Source of the DNA: Camelus dromedarius
Taxonomy: Eukaryota
Length of the DNA stretch: 64,000 bases
Assembly (NCBI RefSeq): GCF_036321535.1
Contig: NC_087447.1
Coordinates: 41,604,001-41,668,000, forward strand
Direction: 5' to 3'
In this document: positions 23,170-36,433 of the stretch, piece by piece
How the letters are laid out: each line of letters opens with the position of its first letter
Position numbering within the stretch: position 1 is the stretch's first letter
Position numbers and translations under genes: made by a program
Notes under the pieces: generated by a model
Seen by the model: only the letters and a program-made list of their open reading frames with translations
Database searches by the model: none
What the model was told of the DNA's origin: nothing

Positions 23170-24217
23170 CCTCCTGTCTCATTATTCTCCGTCTTGGTAA
23201 CTCAGATGAATTATTTTCAGCCCAACCTCTTCTTTGAGCTCCAGTCCCATTTCTTCAACTGCCTACTTCACCTACTTGGATGTCTAATGAAGATCTTAAC
23301 TTGCCCAAGTCTGAACTCTGGATTTCTGCCCTCAAACACCAAAGCTTCTCTGCATGCAATCTTCCTATCTCTCAGTTAATGGCACCACTATTCACCACCC
23401 AGATTCTCGGGTCAGAAACATGCAGGTCATATAAGAGTCTCCCTTGCCTACCATATCTGATCTTCCTGTTCAATATCCAAAATGGGTTTCCAGTCCCTTG
23501 ACATCTGATCAAGCCACGATCACCTCTCAGCTGAAAGACTGCAATAGTTCCCACTGAGTCTCCCTGCTTCCGCATGGCCCCTCTCCGGTCTACTGTCCAC
23601 ATAGTGGCTAGAGTAATCTTTCAAGAATATAAATCAGATCACAACGGTCCTTGTTTAAGACTTTTGTCTTTCCAGCTTCCTCACCATGGCCAAAAAGCTG
23701 TGCTTTAGCATGTCTTCTACCTCCCTGCCTGGTCTCATTTCAGGCCACTTTCTGATTTGCTGTACTTCAGCCATGCTGCTTTCCATTCTTGGAACATATT
23801 TTCTTTCCCACCTCAGGGCCTCCCATATTATCCTCCACCATATCCTTCAGATCTCAGTTAAAAAGTCATTTCCTCAGAAAGCCTACTCCCAACATCCTTT
23901 CTAAATAAGTCTCCTCCCTAATTCCTTGTTCTTCTCTTTCGTTGTCCCGTATACCTCCTATACAACAATTAGCCAGTTAGTGTTAAGTACTGTTTGTAGG
24001 TTTATGATCCGTCTCGCCTGCTTTTGTCTTTCATCCCCACAAGAATGAGCCCAGGCCTAGAGGTGGACACATCAGTGACTCCAGCCAAGAGGTGCTGGAG
24101 GGGCAGAGGCAGGGCACAAGGCTCCCTGAAGGAAGAAAGCATATCTGACTCGTCACTGTGTTCTCACTGCCCAGCACAGGGTCTGGCAAGAGCATTTGTT
24201 GAATGACTGGATGAATG
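23170..24217 (+). mobile_element. L2 fragment(s)
   Basis: 'caactgcctacttcacc...tggatgtctaa', 'aaatcagatcac', terminal 'atttgttgaatgactggatgaatg'. Confidence 0.75.
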
Positions 24218-25963
24218 GGTTGGTGGGTGAACAGGTGGGTGGGTAGTTAAATGGATGAGGGAATTTCAGCCTGGGGCAAAAGCTATAGGAACCATGTCCA
24301 AGGAAGAGGAAGTGATGAGACAGAACAGAGCCTGCACCTGCAGGAACCTTATAGACCCAAGGTCAGAGATGTCAACATTTTCATTCCAGTACCTGGATTG
24401 AGAAAGGGACTAGGAAAGATCAGCCTGGACTGTACTCAGGTGATCCCTGCCTGCAATGATGCGAGGGAGAACTAAAATCAAAAGAATGAGGAATATGGTC
24501 TGCTTGTCTCCTTCACCTTGGGCAGACCTGTTTAGATTCTTGTTAATCCTGTTGGTTGATGAGCTGATGTAGGATGATCCACAGTACTCTGGGATGCAGT
24601 TATGTGATAGACTTGATTCTAAATGTCAGCATTCCTCATTGATGCACTAGGAGGAGATCTGTTCCCTGGGGAAAGGGCTGCTGCCCACTGACCCCCAACA
24701 ACCCTCACAACCAACAGAGGAGAGACAAGACTCTAGGACAGGATCTGGTGGGACAGGAAGTGTCACTGGAACGGGTGACACAGAAGAAGTAGGCAGGGTC
24801 AAAAAGAGGAGCACGAGAGGATGGAGAGATCTTCCTCATTAACCCTGAGCCACAGGTTCCAGCCTAGATGAAAAAGGCATTTCTGATTGGCATTGGTATT
24901 TAAGACAGCCGGTCCAGTAGGCAGAGATGACAGAGATGAGAAGTGACATAGAACCAGACGAAGCTAGATCATGGTGCCCAGGGTTTCTGTCAACAGTGGC
25001 TGGAAGAATGGACAGCAGGTTCAAAGGTTGTAAGTGGAATTGGAGCCACAGGCAGTCTGGGGTCTGGGAAGTAAAACCAAGTGAACTAGGAAGAAAGGAC
25101 CAAGGTTGGAGCCCACTCTATGGATATCCCAACCCAGGAAAGCAGGAAGAGCCCAACCAGGGGCCCAGCCTGGTGCTCCCCAGGCCAGGTCTGACAGTAG
25201 GAAGATGATTCCAGGTGCCCTGGAATGGACTGAGGCTACCATAAGGATTGGCTCAGGCCCTGGCAACATCAGGGATTACAGGCTCAGAGGTGCTAGAGAG
25301 ATAGAAGCAGGAGCAGCAAGGTGTACACAACATCCTGAGGGCATCAGCATCACTTCCCACACCAAGACGGTGGAATTAAAGAAAAATGTCATTGTCAGGA
25401 GCTTTGGTGAATGGCCAGGAGATACCCAATTTCCTTCCCCGTGGGGTCCTTCAGGAGCTAGCTTCCGGCCCGGCTTGGGGATGCTCCTCTCTAGCCTCAG
25501 GGAAAGGCCTCGCCATTAAAAGGCCACTTTATGGCTCTCTAGTTTGAACCAGGACTCAGGAGAAAGAGGCTCCTCCTCCCTGCCCTGCCCTGGCCTTCCC
25601 TGCATTCTGTCTTAAGAAGCAGCCTCCAGGTAAAGAAGACAAGAGTAACGGCGCATCCTCCCCTGGGGAGCCTCACAGCCCTGTGAGAGGCCATCCTATC
25701 CGGGACTTATGACCAACACCTCTGGTAGCTTCCCCAAAGGCTGCAACTAGCCCCACCACTGTTACTTGACTCCCAGCTCGCTCCAAGGCCCAACAACAAA
25801 ATTCTCTCTAATCAACACTGCTCATTCTGGAGCTGCCCCCGTGGGGAAACTGCATGGGCAGAGTCTATTTCACAATTGTTGGCGTCAAATAAGGACCAGA
25901 GGAACAGGGTGTAATGGAAAGAGCACTGGGCTGGGAGTTAGGAGTCTGGGTTTAGCCCTACTT

Positions 25964-26808
25964 TTTTTTTTTTTAATTGAAGTATAGTCTGTTTATAGCA
26001 TGTTAATTTCTGGTGTACAGCATAATGTTTCACTTACACATATATATATTCCTTATCATATCCTTTTTCATTCTAGGTTATTACAAGATACTGAATATAG
26101 TTCCCTGTGCTGTATAGTAGAACCTTGTCATTTGTCTATTTTATATACAGTAGTGAGTATCTGCTAATCCCAAGCTTCCAATTTACCCCTCCACCCCTCC
26201 TTTTCCTCCTTAGTAATCAGAAGTTTGTTTTCTATGTCTCTGAGTCTATTTCTCTTTTTTTTCTTCTCTTTTGTAAATAATTCATTTGTGTCATTTTTTT
26301 TAGATTCTACATATAAGTGATATCATATGGTATTTTTCTTTCTCTTTTTGGCTTACTTCACTTAGTATGATAATCTCTAGGTCCATCCATGTTGCTGAAA
26401 ATGGCAATATTTCATTCTTTTTTTATGGCTGAGCAATATATATACAAATATCACATCTTCTTTATCCAAGCATCTGTCAATGGACATTTAAGTTGTTTCC
26501 ATGTCTTGGCTTTTGTAAATAGTGCTGCTGTGAATATTGGGGTGCATATATCTTTTTGAATTAGTCAGAATGGTCATTATTAAAAAGTCCACAAATGATA
26601 AGTGCTGGAGAGGGTATGGAGAAAATGGAACCCTCCTACTCCACTGATGGGAATATAGTTTGGTGCAACCATTATGGAAAACAGTACGGAGATCCCTTAA
26701 AAAGCTAAAAATAGACTTACCATATGATCCAGCAATCTCACTCCTGGGCATATATCCAGAGGAAACTCTACTTCAAAAAGACACATGCACCGCAGTGTTC
26801 ATAGCAGC
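25964..26808 (-). mobile_element. 5'-inverted (twin-primed) L1 inserted in a MIR
   Basis: Antisense L1 3' end 25964-26562 joined to sense L1 segment 26563-26808; TSD agccctactt / agccctgctt. Confidence 0.9.
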
Positions 26809-28329
26809 CCTGCTTCTGACACTCATAGGTAAGCCTCTCTGTCCTGTCTCCCTCACAGGGGGAGAGGTGGGTGAAAGAAGCTGTCTGTAATCTTGCATCT
26901 TACTGTAAGCACTTTACATGAAGAAGAGCCCCAGGCAAGGGACCTCCGGGTGGGCTCCCCTCAGCGCCATTGACACGTGTGGCTCTGATGCCTAGCCATA
27001 GCTGATTTTACCAAGAGTGAGCCCGTCATCTGTTGGGGCCAATTAACACCTTTTCCCAAGGAATCTGGAAATGGAGAAGCAAGGGCAAGAAAAGGAGGCT
27101 GATGTGAACTCAGGAGCGGTAGGGCAATCGTGTTCTCTTACCACACAGTCTGGAGAGCAGAGATATCCCGTTTGCAGTGAGACGGGAAAAGGAGACAAAT
27201 ATGCAGGACTGGCAGCCATGAGGGGCAAGGAGAGCTGTGTGGACTTTCAGTTCTGGGTTTCAGGTCTCCTGAAGCCCAGCTGTATCTTTTTCTAAGCTGG
27301 CTTTAAAAAATGGGTCCTTCTCAGATCCCAAGTCTCCGGACAGTTCAAAGTGGTGACTGCTGACATGGGCTGTCATGGGTCCCACTCATCAGTCAGCCGG
27401 TCTGGCTGGACTTCTCCCGACGGCTACGCTGCACTCCGGGACTCCAGGGACAGGCTCTGGTTCCCATCTGCATCTCACCCCGGCCCTACAAAGCCTGGTG
27501 CGTTGGCCGCAGAAGGTGCTCGGTCAACTTTCATAAGGTTGAGACAGATGGGATCCAAAGACATCCATGCCTCTGTGAGGCGTGCGCCCCGGAGCCAGGC
27601 TGGCAGCTCGCCCTCCCTGTGAGAGGGTGTCTTTGGTGCCAGCCTCACGGCCAGTCCCACGGAATCCATGACCTGCCCGAGCCCTTCCGGCCCTGCAGTC
27701 CGTGACCCTGCATGAGCCCAGGACTCACCTCCGATGCAGCCAACTCACAGCTTCCCAGGTTTTATTTTCATTAACCCAACTGGAAAATTGGACTTCGTTC
27801 AGGATTGTGCTGAAAACCAGATGCTGGAGCTGGGCTCCGGTTTCCTAGATAAACACACTGGAATAATATGCATCTACCCGTGAAATGCTCTCCATGGCGG
27901 CACGTGGCAGCTCTCCAGAAGAAAGAAAAACAGTGTCAAAGCTCCATTTGAGGCTTCTCACTCCCCCTTCCTGGCCAGAGGCTGGTGAAAATAGCCAAGT
28001 TTTTTGTTGGCCCCACTGCCGGTCAGCTCCCTCTCTGCTGGCTCATCCCTTGTCCTCTCCCCATCTCTGGCCTGGAACGTATCAGCTTCTCGAAAGAACT
28101 TGAAGCCTTCCCCAATTCCTGTCTGGATGGAGACCCTTCCCCTGAGCTCCCACCACACCCTGTGTCCTGGTAGCGAGGAGGCAGTACTGTGATTGTGTGT
28201 CTCATCTGGTTCCTCCAGAACTGCTCAGAAGCTCCTTGATGTGAAGGAGGAAGCCTTGTTCTCTGGCCCACGGCTGGTGAAGATAGTTGTTAATGTTGCT
28301 GAATGAATGAATCAAAAGGGGTCACACCA

Positions 28330-29095
28330 AGAAAAGGGAACCCTCCTATGCTGCTGGTAGGAAAGTAAATTGGTGCAGCCACTATGGAGACAGTATGGAG
28401 GTTCCTTAAAAAACTGAATATAGACTTACCATATGATCCACCAATCCCAATCCTGGGCATATATCCAGAGAAAACTGTAATTCAAAAAGACAGATGCACC
28501 CCAATGTTCACAGCAGCGCTATTTACAACAGCCAAGACATGGAAACAACCTAAATGTCCTTCAACAGATGACTGGATAAAGAAGATGTGGTATATATACA
28601 CAATGAAATACTACTCAGCCATAAAAGATAATAAAATAATGCCATTTGCAGCAACATGGATGAACCTAGAGATTATCATATTGAGTGAAGTAAGACAGAG
28701 AAAGACAAATATCATATGATATCACTTATATCTGGAATCTAAAAAAAATGATACAAATATTATTTACAAGCCAAAAATAGACTCATGGACATAGAAAACA
28801 AACTATGGTTACCAAAGGGGAAAGGGCAGGGGGAGGGATAAATTAGGAGTCTGGGATTAACAGATATACATAACTATATATAAAATAGATAAAGAACAAG
28901 CACCTACTGTATAGCACAGGGAACTATATTCAACTTCTTATAATAACATATAATGGAAAAAAATCTGAAAAAAAATGTGTATGTAAATGTATAACTGAAT
29001 CGCTTTGGTGTACACCTGAAACTAACAATGTAAATCAACTACACTTCAATAAAACAAACAAATAAATAAATAAATAAAAATATTTGAAAAAAACA
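28330..29095 (+). mobile_element. 5'-truncated L1 3' end
   Basis: ORF 28384-28719 is the ORF2 C-terminus ([15 protein letters not shown]...[18 protein letters not shown]); A-rich tail; TSD ggtcacacca. Confidence 0.95.
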
Positions 29096-30894
29096 GGTCA
29101 CACCAGCCTCTTGTGAAGGAGGCTTGGGTTCCGGAATGCTCTTGAGATCTGCTTTTCTCTGCCTGAGTGTCTTCACTCATCCAGCACGCACTGAGCTGTG
29201 ACTTTGCAGCAGCCTCCATGCTTGGTGTGGAGTAGGAGGCGTTATAGCACACCTCTGCCCTCAAAGAGCCCACCATCTACTAGAGGACACGGACTCAAGG
29301 GGTATGGTAGCTGCATGAGTTTTTCTTTCCTCTTCACCCACTTCTTTCCTACACATAATCCCACCTCCTCCTGCAGGGAAGGCTTGTCTCTAGACAGTCG
29401 CAGTTGAATAGCGGAAACTCTGTCAGCACAAAAACCTCCAGGCTATGGAAGGCAATCAATATGAGAAAGAGGATGCCTTGTTTCATGGATGCTTCTCTCT
29501 GCTGATTTTGTAAGACCTAAAGACCTCAGGATATGATGCCACAGTTCTAGAATAGAGTTAGGACCCTGGGGGAGGCCAAGGAGTATAAAAAAGAAACAGG
29601 ATCATAAGGGAGGTGAAGAGAGCAAAGGGAACTCCCATTTGCCCATTTAAGCCTACTTCTGTATGGACCAGTGAATGGTTTGATGAGAAAATTAAATCTT
29701 TTGCTGAATCCTCTGGGGTGTACAGGTGTACATGAACCCCTGACAGTAAGAGATGTTTCTGGTAGTGGACTGTATGCACCCCACACTCCACCCAGGTGTT
29801 ACAAGAATAGTCCAAGAGTTATAGAGTTATTTCCAATCTGGCATAGTTGGGAACATACAAGTGCCTGTAGGAGCATAGAGCGGGGTCTAGGGGTAGCTTT
29901 TAGGGGAGTCATGCCTCATTCAGGAATGTGTGTGGTCTGACATTTGAGTTCAAGTCCTGTCGTTGTCTTCCTTATTTATATCCTTGGCCCCTCTGAACCT
30001 CAGCTGCTCAGGTAAGCGGTAAACATCCTATGACATTGTGCACCAAGGAGCGATGTGGGAGGATGAGCACATGTAATTTACAGAGCTGCCAGGGGAACCA
30101 CAATTAGAACCCCAGCTGTTATTGTTGTCAGGGACATTTCTCTTTGACCCACGCACATAACTGCAGTTCTGCTCCAGTCCATGTGGTGTTTCTGTGTTCT
30201 GAGAACAGTCAGATCCCAAAGAAGCACTCAGCTGCTGACCCCTGTCCTGGCCCTGGGCCCTAGGATGGATGCTAATGATGTGTCATTAGCACAGACAGAG
30301 CTCAAATCTCCTTCCAGGAGAATAGGGAGGGCAGAGCAGATTTCTCAGTAACCTCACTGTTTGATATAAAAACAAGCAAATACCAAAAAAGGCTTCATTT
30401 AGACAAAAAATGTAATCAACGTAAATGCAAGTTAGGTCATTCCCTTTTTTAAGTGGAAAGGGAATTAAATGTTTAAATTAAAAAGAAGTTAAACTTAGGA
30501 CATCGGCACAGTTATGATGGCAACTGTAAAGACCACTTTTATTTGTAAGTGACCAACAATGGCATCGTTTTTAGTGTATTTTGACTGTTCTTCTAGGAAT
30601 GACAGACTTTGCTTTTGTTCTAAATAAATGACAGTTCTTATAGGGGGACTCACTTGAAAAACACGAGGCACTAAAGACTCTCAGAATCTGTGGAATGGGT
30701 GTCCTGCTCTGAGGGAGGGAATCAGGGGTACACAGCACCACTAAACCACTTACATGTCAGCATCTTCCAATTGCCTGTGTATTTCCTCTGACCAATTTCC
30801 TAATAGCACTTATGTCTTGTTTATAGACTTATGTTTGCTATGTATACTTTATGAATCTCAATATTTTGTTATATATACTGCAAATCCTCCCTCA

Positions 30895-30920
30895 ACACAC
30901 ACACACACACACACACACAC
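30895..30920. repeat. (AC)n microsatellite
   Basis: Direct observation. Confidence 0.9.
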
Positions 30921-31239
30921 AAAACACACGCTACCATTATTTTTTCTTCCTGCCTTCTCAGACTATGTGTGATTTCAGTGTTTGGTACCTGTTGGTTTTT
31001 CTCAGGGAAAAGAACTGTGAGACAAACCCAGAGACGAGATGGGAGAAAACTCAAAGAGGAAGAATCAGAGACAGAGAGGAGGTTCAGAAAGCGAGAGCAG
31101 AGACTCAGAACAATGGGCAGGGACCAAGAAGAGGAGAGTCACACAGAGAATGACAAAAACTAAATCAGGGTGGGACAGAGATCCAGAGAGTTCCTTTTGT
31201 GTTAGTAACCTGTTTATGGTACCTTAGCTCACACAAGAG

Positions 31240-31745
31240 TTTTCAATATTACATAGTCAAATCTGCCAGCCTCTTCCAGGCTTCTAAATTTTTGTCTTAC
31301 TTAGTATGGTCTCCCCCACCCCAAGGTTTTAAAAAATACTCTTATATATTTTGTTTTAAAATATTTTAGTTTTGTTCTTTAGCCTTACTTCCACATTTGA
31401 ATTTTATTTTTGTATATGTGTTGAATAGGAATCTAAGTTAATTCTTTTCCAAATGGATATCTAATTACACGACTTATTATATAATCCACCCCCATTCCCC
31501 TTCCTTTATGCTAAACTCACATATAGATGACTCTGTTTCTGGACTCTATTCTGCTTCATCAAATTATTTGTCCATTCCTGTGCCAAAACCACAATGTTTT
31601 AATCAATGTAGCTTTATAGTATATTTTGTTATTTGATAGGGCAAATTCTTTACCATTGTTCTTTTTCAAAATGTTCTTGACTAAGCTTGTGTCCTTTCTC
31701 TTCCAGATTAACTCAACAGTCAGGGATCAGGTTTCATTAAAAAGT
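31240..31745 (-). mobile_element. Old L1 (L1ME-type) fragment
   Basis: 'gtcaaatctgcc...ttttccaaatggatatctaatt...ctgtttctggactctattctg...gtagctttatagtat'. Confidence 0.7.
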
Positions 31746-32126
31746 TCAGAACACATCAAATACTCTGTTTCTAAATGTTCCTCCTGTTCTGATTACTGAT
31801 GTGTTTTTCCTCTTCTCTACCCCCACTTCCTGGAAGCAGCACATACAGTCATCAGCAAGGCACTCCCAAAATTCTAAGAATTGAGCTATTAAAATCCTCA
31901 CTTTCTAAATGAAACTAGAAACATGTAAAAAAACTGTAATCATAGGCAATTCCCAGGATCAGGAGCAGAAAGGGCAAAATCTAACTGAATATGTTTTAAA
32001 AACTTATTTTTAAAATAAAGAGAATGGGTCAGTCAGAAAGGGTATTGGTCAGTGATACAAGTACAGCGAAAGCATGAGCATGAAAGGAAGCAGAGACAGT
32101 TCCCACAACACGGGGGTGGGAAGGGT

Positions 32127-32613
32127 GTGGTATGTGCTACCTGTGCCCCTGCTTATGTCCCCTCAGCTCTATCAATTTTGGTGTCTGCCAGACCATCTTC
32201 TAACTGCCTTACCTATGTCTCTTGACCTGAGGACTTGCCCTGGTCAACAGGCTCATTCTGTCCACATTCACAATAGGCTGGATATGTCAGTAAATTAACT
32301 ACTCAACTCCACCCCATGGTCAGGAACACCACACAATCAATGACTTATGAGAGTCAATGGATAAAGAGCCCAGATCTCTTGCCTGTAAGGTGGGTTAACA
32401 CTGAGATGCACATTGTACACTGCCTCCCAGAATTCCCAGGGAGATTAAGTTCAGTAGCCCATGATAGTAACTTAGTTGATAACACACCTATATTAGCTTT
32501 CTTCCTTTCCACGTCCCTACTCTGCTACCACTGTTTCCTGGGACTTCACCTCCCAAATAAACTACCTGCACTCAACTCCTTGTTTCAGGGTTTGCTTTAA
32601 GAGGGACCCAAAG
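32127..32613 (+). mobile_element. ERVL solo LTR (LTR16-type)
   Basis: 3' part 'cacctcccaaataaactacctgcactcaactccttgtttcagggtttgcttt...ggaccc' is characteristic of the LTR16 family. Confidence 0.75.
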
Positions 32614-32728
32614 GTCAGCTTCCTGACCCTTAGCCTATCTAGCTTCCATGTCAGCTCTTACCCCATCCTAGACATGAGGAGAATGGCTGCTCAGAACCTG
32701 GTGCCATCAAACCCCACCTATCTCCCCT

Positions 32729-33476
32729 AGAAAAAGGACCCCTCCTACACTGTTGGTGGGAATGTAAGTTGGTACAGCCACTCTGGGGAACCATATGGAC
32801 ATTCCTTAAAAAACTGAGAGTAGAATTACCCTATGATCCAGCAATCTCACTCCTCAGCATATATCCAGAGAAAACTATAACTCAAAAAGACATATGCACC
32901 CCAATGTTCACAGCAGCACTATTTACAACAGCCAAGACATGGAAACAACCTAAATGTCCATTAACAGATGAATGGATAAAGAAGATGTGGTGTATATATG
33001 CAATGGAATACTACTCAGCCATAAAAAGAATGAAATAATGCCATTTGCAGTAACATGGATAGACCTAGAGATTCTTATATTGAGTGAAATAAGACAGAGA
33101 AAGACAAATATCATATGATATCACTTATATGTGCAATCTAAAAAAAATAATAGAAATTCTATTTACAATCCAAAAACAGGCTCATGGACATAGAAAACAA
33201 ACTATGGTTACCAAAGGGGAAAGGGTGGGGAGGGATAAATTAGGGGTCAGGGATTAAAAGATACACATGACTATATATAAAATAGACAAACAACAAGGAC
33301 CTACCATACAGCACAGGGAACTACATTCAATTTCTTGTAATAACGTATAATGGAAAAGAATCTGAAAAGAAAAAATATACATATGCATATACTTGTATAA
33401 CTGAAATGCTCTGTTGTACACCTGAAACTAACATTGTAAATCAACTACACTTCAATAAAAAAATTTTTTTAAGAAA
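32729..33476 (+). mobile_element. 5'-truncated L1 3' end
   Basis: ORF 32769-33038 is the ORF2 C-terminus; TSD ctatctcccct (32718-32728 / 33477-33487). Confidence 0.95.
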
Positions 33477-34541
33477 CTATCTCCCCTTATTCTGAGTCCA
33501 AGCTCACCAAGCAAACTTCTGATTATGACCAGGCTTCCCTTTGGTTTTTCTACAGAAAAGAGGAGATACTAGAAGGAGCAAATGTCCCATTCCAAAGGAG
33601 TTTTATCTCCTCATTGCCAATGAACACCTGGCAAGTAGGTGAAAGTAAATGAAACCTTAATCTAAGCAAGACTGAGCCACCCTCAGAATTGATAAAATTG
33701 CATTTCCAAGCCTGCCAGGCTGGGAACCGGACTCTGAGCTGAAGTGACTTCCCCAGGTAAAGGCTGCCCTGTAAGGAACCTACTGGAAGCCAACCAGCCT
33801 TTTTTCCAGCACTTAACCTGCCACATACCTTCAGTGTGTGTTCTGCTTCAGCGGCAGTGTTTTGCTTCTATTAAGTGAAGCAATAGATGAAATCACATTT
33901 TTCAAAGCTTTCCGCTCACTCTTAGCAGGAAAATCTCTGTGCACCCTTAGTTCCCGGGGTGTTTGCAACTCCAGGACATCCATTCCCAGTTATGCTTCTC
34001 TCTTCTACCTGAGTCATTCTAGAATACTGGTTATGAGCATGATAATCATAATTCTGGATTTTCTGGAACATCCTGGATTTCAAGTATTCTGAACATTAGC
34101 CTTAAAACATTACAATATTCTTGAAATGCTAAGATTTCAGTGTCCAACTAACCTCTCCCATATTGCATTAGTACTGGGAAGTAGCCCAAAACAATTTTTG
34201 TAAGATGATGTATCCTTGATGTGGATTTGGATCTGAAAATCCTGTTATAGAAGATTCCTGAGCTATTACACACACATCTCTGTGCTTTTTCTGACTCAAT
34301 CACTCAGGCTCTTCTAATTAGCCCAAGGAATCCTTTATTGAGACCAAATTGATATTCCTTTTTATATATTGTTTTGTGTATCTTAAAGAACAAAATCTCT
34401 TGAATCAAACCTCCCCTACAACAAAGTGAATGTCTTAAGAAAGAAAGAAATAGATAATAAGAGAAAGACAAGCCATAGTTCATAGAACACCAGTGGCCAC
34501 CGTGGCCCAGTTCAGTTGGGAGATTATCTGGTGGCAGCTGT

Positions 34542-34568
34542 GGAGCTGTCCACCAGACGGGTGCTGAC
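34542..34568 (-). promoter_or_regulatory. Non-canonical REST/NRSF site (RE1, 8-nt spacer)
   Basis: Minus strand GTCAGCACC-cgtctggt-GGACAGCTCC; both RE1 half-sites are near-perfect. Confidence 0.6.
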
Positions 34569-36385
34569 AAGATTCTGGAGTTGGACAGGGGCTGCCCTCC
34601 TCAAGAGTTGTGAAAAAGCCCCCACTACACACTTACCACCACCCTATCCCCAAAGAAACATTAAAAAAAAAAAACTATTAGAGTGTAAGGACACATAGAT
34701 CATATCCCCTGGTTGGAGTAGGGAAGACCATAATTGGTTGGCAGAGCCTTCTGAATCTTCTCCACTCAAATCCAGACATAACATCTGCCCAGAACTTCTT
34801 TTCTCTGATTCTAAAGATTCAGTGCAGTGGCTGCTTGTAGATGCCTCCAGCGGGGGCTGGGGGGTGTCTTGCAGTCCTTACAGATGCTAATTCTAGCAAA
34901 CTTAATAGGAAAATAGGACCAGCTGCTAGAGAGGGAGACGTTCTGGCCCCATTCCCTGTCCACCATGCTGATATTCCCCTTTCTTCTCCACTTTCCACAC
35001 CAAGAATAAGGGCTTGAGGCCCTACCATCTTTCCTTACTTGTAGGGCTAGGAGGAAAATATTGACTGCCTTCGAAGGGTCAGTTGATTGTGTGACAGGTT
35101 GGCTGGCACTGAACAAGTCATTCTAGGCTTGGTTTCCTCATATGTAAATGCAAGATTTGCAGAGAGTTTCTGCTACTCAAGTTATCCATCACTAAGGATG
35201 ACTGATGTGAGCTCTGGGAGCAGGGGCCTGAGGTGGGACCACCGTGGGAATTGAATGAGCCTGAAAGCCTTGGTTCTGGAGTATATGGGTACCTTCTGAG
35301 TAGGGGAGGGTGGTAGGAGCAAGGAAACCCCAAACATTGGGGGAAGTCAAGAAGCATTGTTCCCTTTTTAAAAAAATAATACTTGACTTTTATAAAAAAG
35401 ATACATACTTATTATAACCATTCAAACAATACTGAAAAGCACAAAGAAGTTACTCAAAAGTCTTCAAAATCCCAACATCTCAAAATAATCAAAATAATCA
35501 TGGTAAACACAATTAAATACCATTGCAGGTATTTCTCTCTTTATATATACAGAGAGAAGGAAAAATAGGCAAGGGAGAGTGGATGGATGGATGGATGAAT
35601 GGATATAAAGAAATAATTAAAAAGGGAGAGTGGATGGATGGATGAATATAAAGAAATAGTTAAAAAGGGATCACCCTTCACATGCTATTTAGTAAAAGGT
35701 ATAAAATACTGAAATAAAGCTAATGGAATTATTACCTTTGTTTATTCTCCACAAGAGATACTATTTCTCAAAGATACCCCTAAGGTTAAGAAAATATATT
35801 ATGAAAAATATTAAGAGACTGGAATCACTATGTGTTTTTTTTAAACATGCTTCAATTTTACACAGTATCAGCTGACTGCCTGCTATGAGAAGTAAGGAAA
35901 TTAACACCCTTATGCTTCCTCTCATTTCCCCTCCCCTCACTTCCCAAATATTATGAGTAATACTGATTTTTTCTTTTTACTATTTTTGTCTGTTAATGTG
36001 AGTCATTGTCAGTGCTTATCAGCAGGATTAAATGGTGCATGTAACGGAGAATTGTGATGAGGTAGATTTCTATTACAGACACCAAAAAAAAAAAAAAAGG
36101 AGAAAAATTAATTTTTTATTTGCCTATATCAATGTAATAATTTCAACCATTTATGTGAACCAGTGGCCTTGTGTGTCTAATTACTACATATCACAAGAGT
36201 AGTTATATATGACTATCTTCAAATGTCAGATTTTTAAAATAACAATAAAATTAAATGAGTGGTCAAACTGGATTACCTCTAAGGCTTTTGCAGCGCTATG
36301 ACTTTGCCTGGTGGGATCCCCATCTGAGCTCAGAGATTTGTCCTGTCTCAGAGCACAGCCAGACCTGATAATAATAATAATCTCT

Positions 36386-36433
36386 TTCACAACATTGTAA
36401 AATGATTATAAATCAATAAAAAATGTTAAAGAA
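36386..36433 (+). mobile_element. Ultra-short (48 bp) young L1 3' end insertion
   Basis: 'cacaacattgtaaaatgattataaatcaataaaaaatgttaaa' between perfect 16-bp TSDs aataataataatctct. Confidence 0.85.

Noticed and set aside
36045..36085. 'gtgatgaggtagatt' resembling a snoRNA C box or a let-7 5' end
   Set aside because: No D box or terminal stem, the match to let-7 ends after 8 nt, and there is no hairpin.
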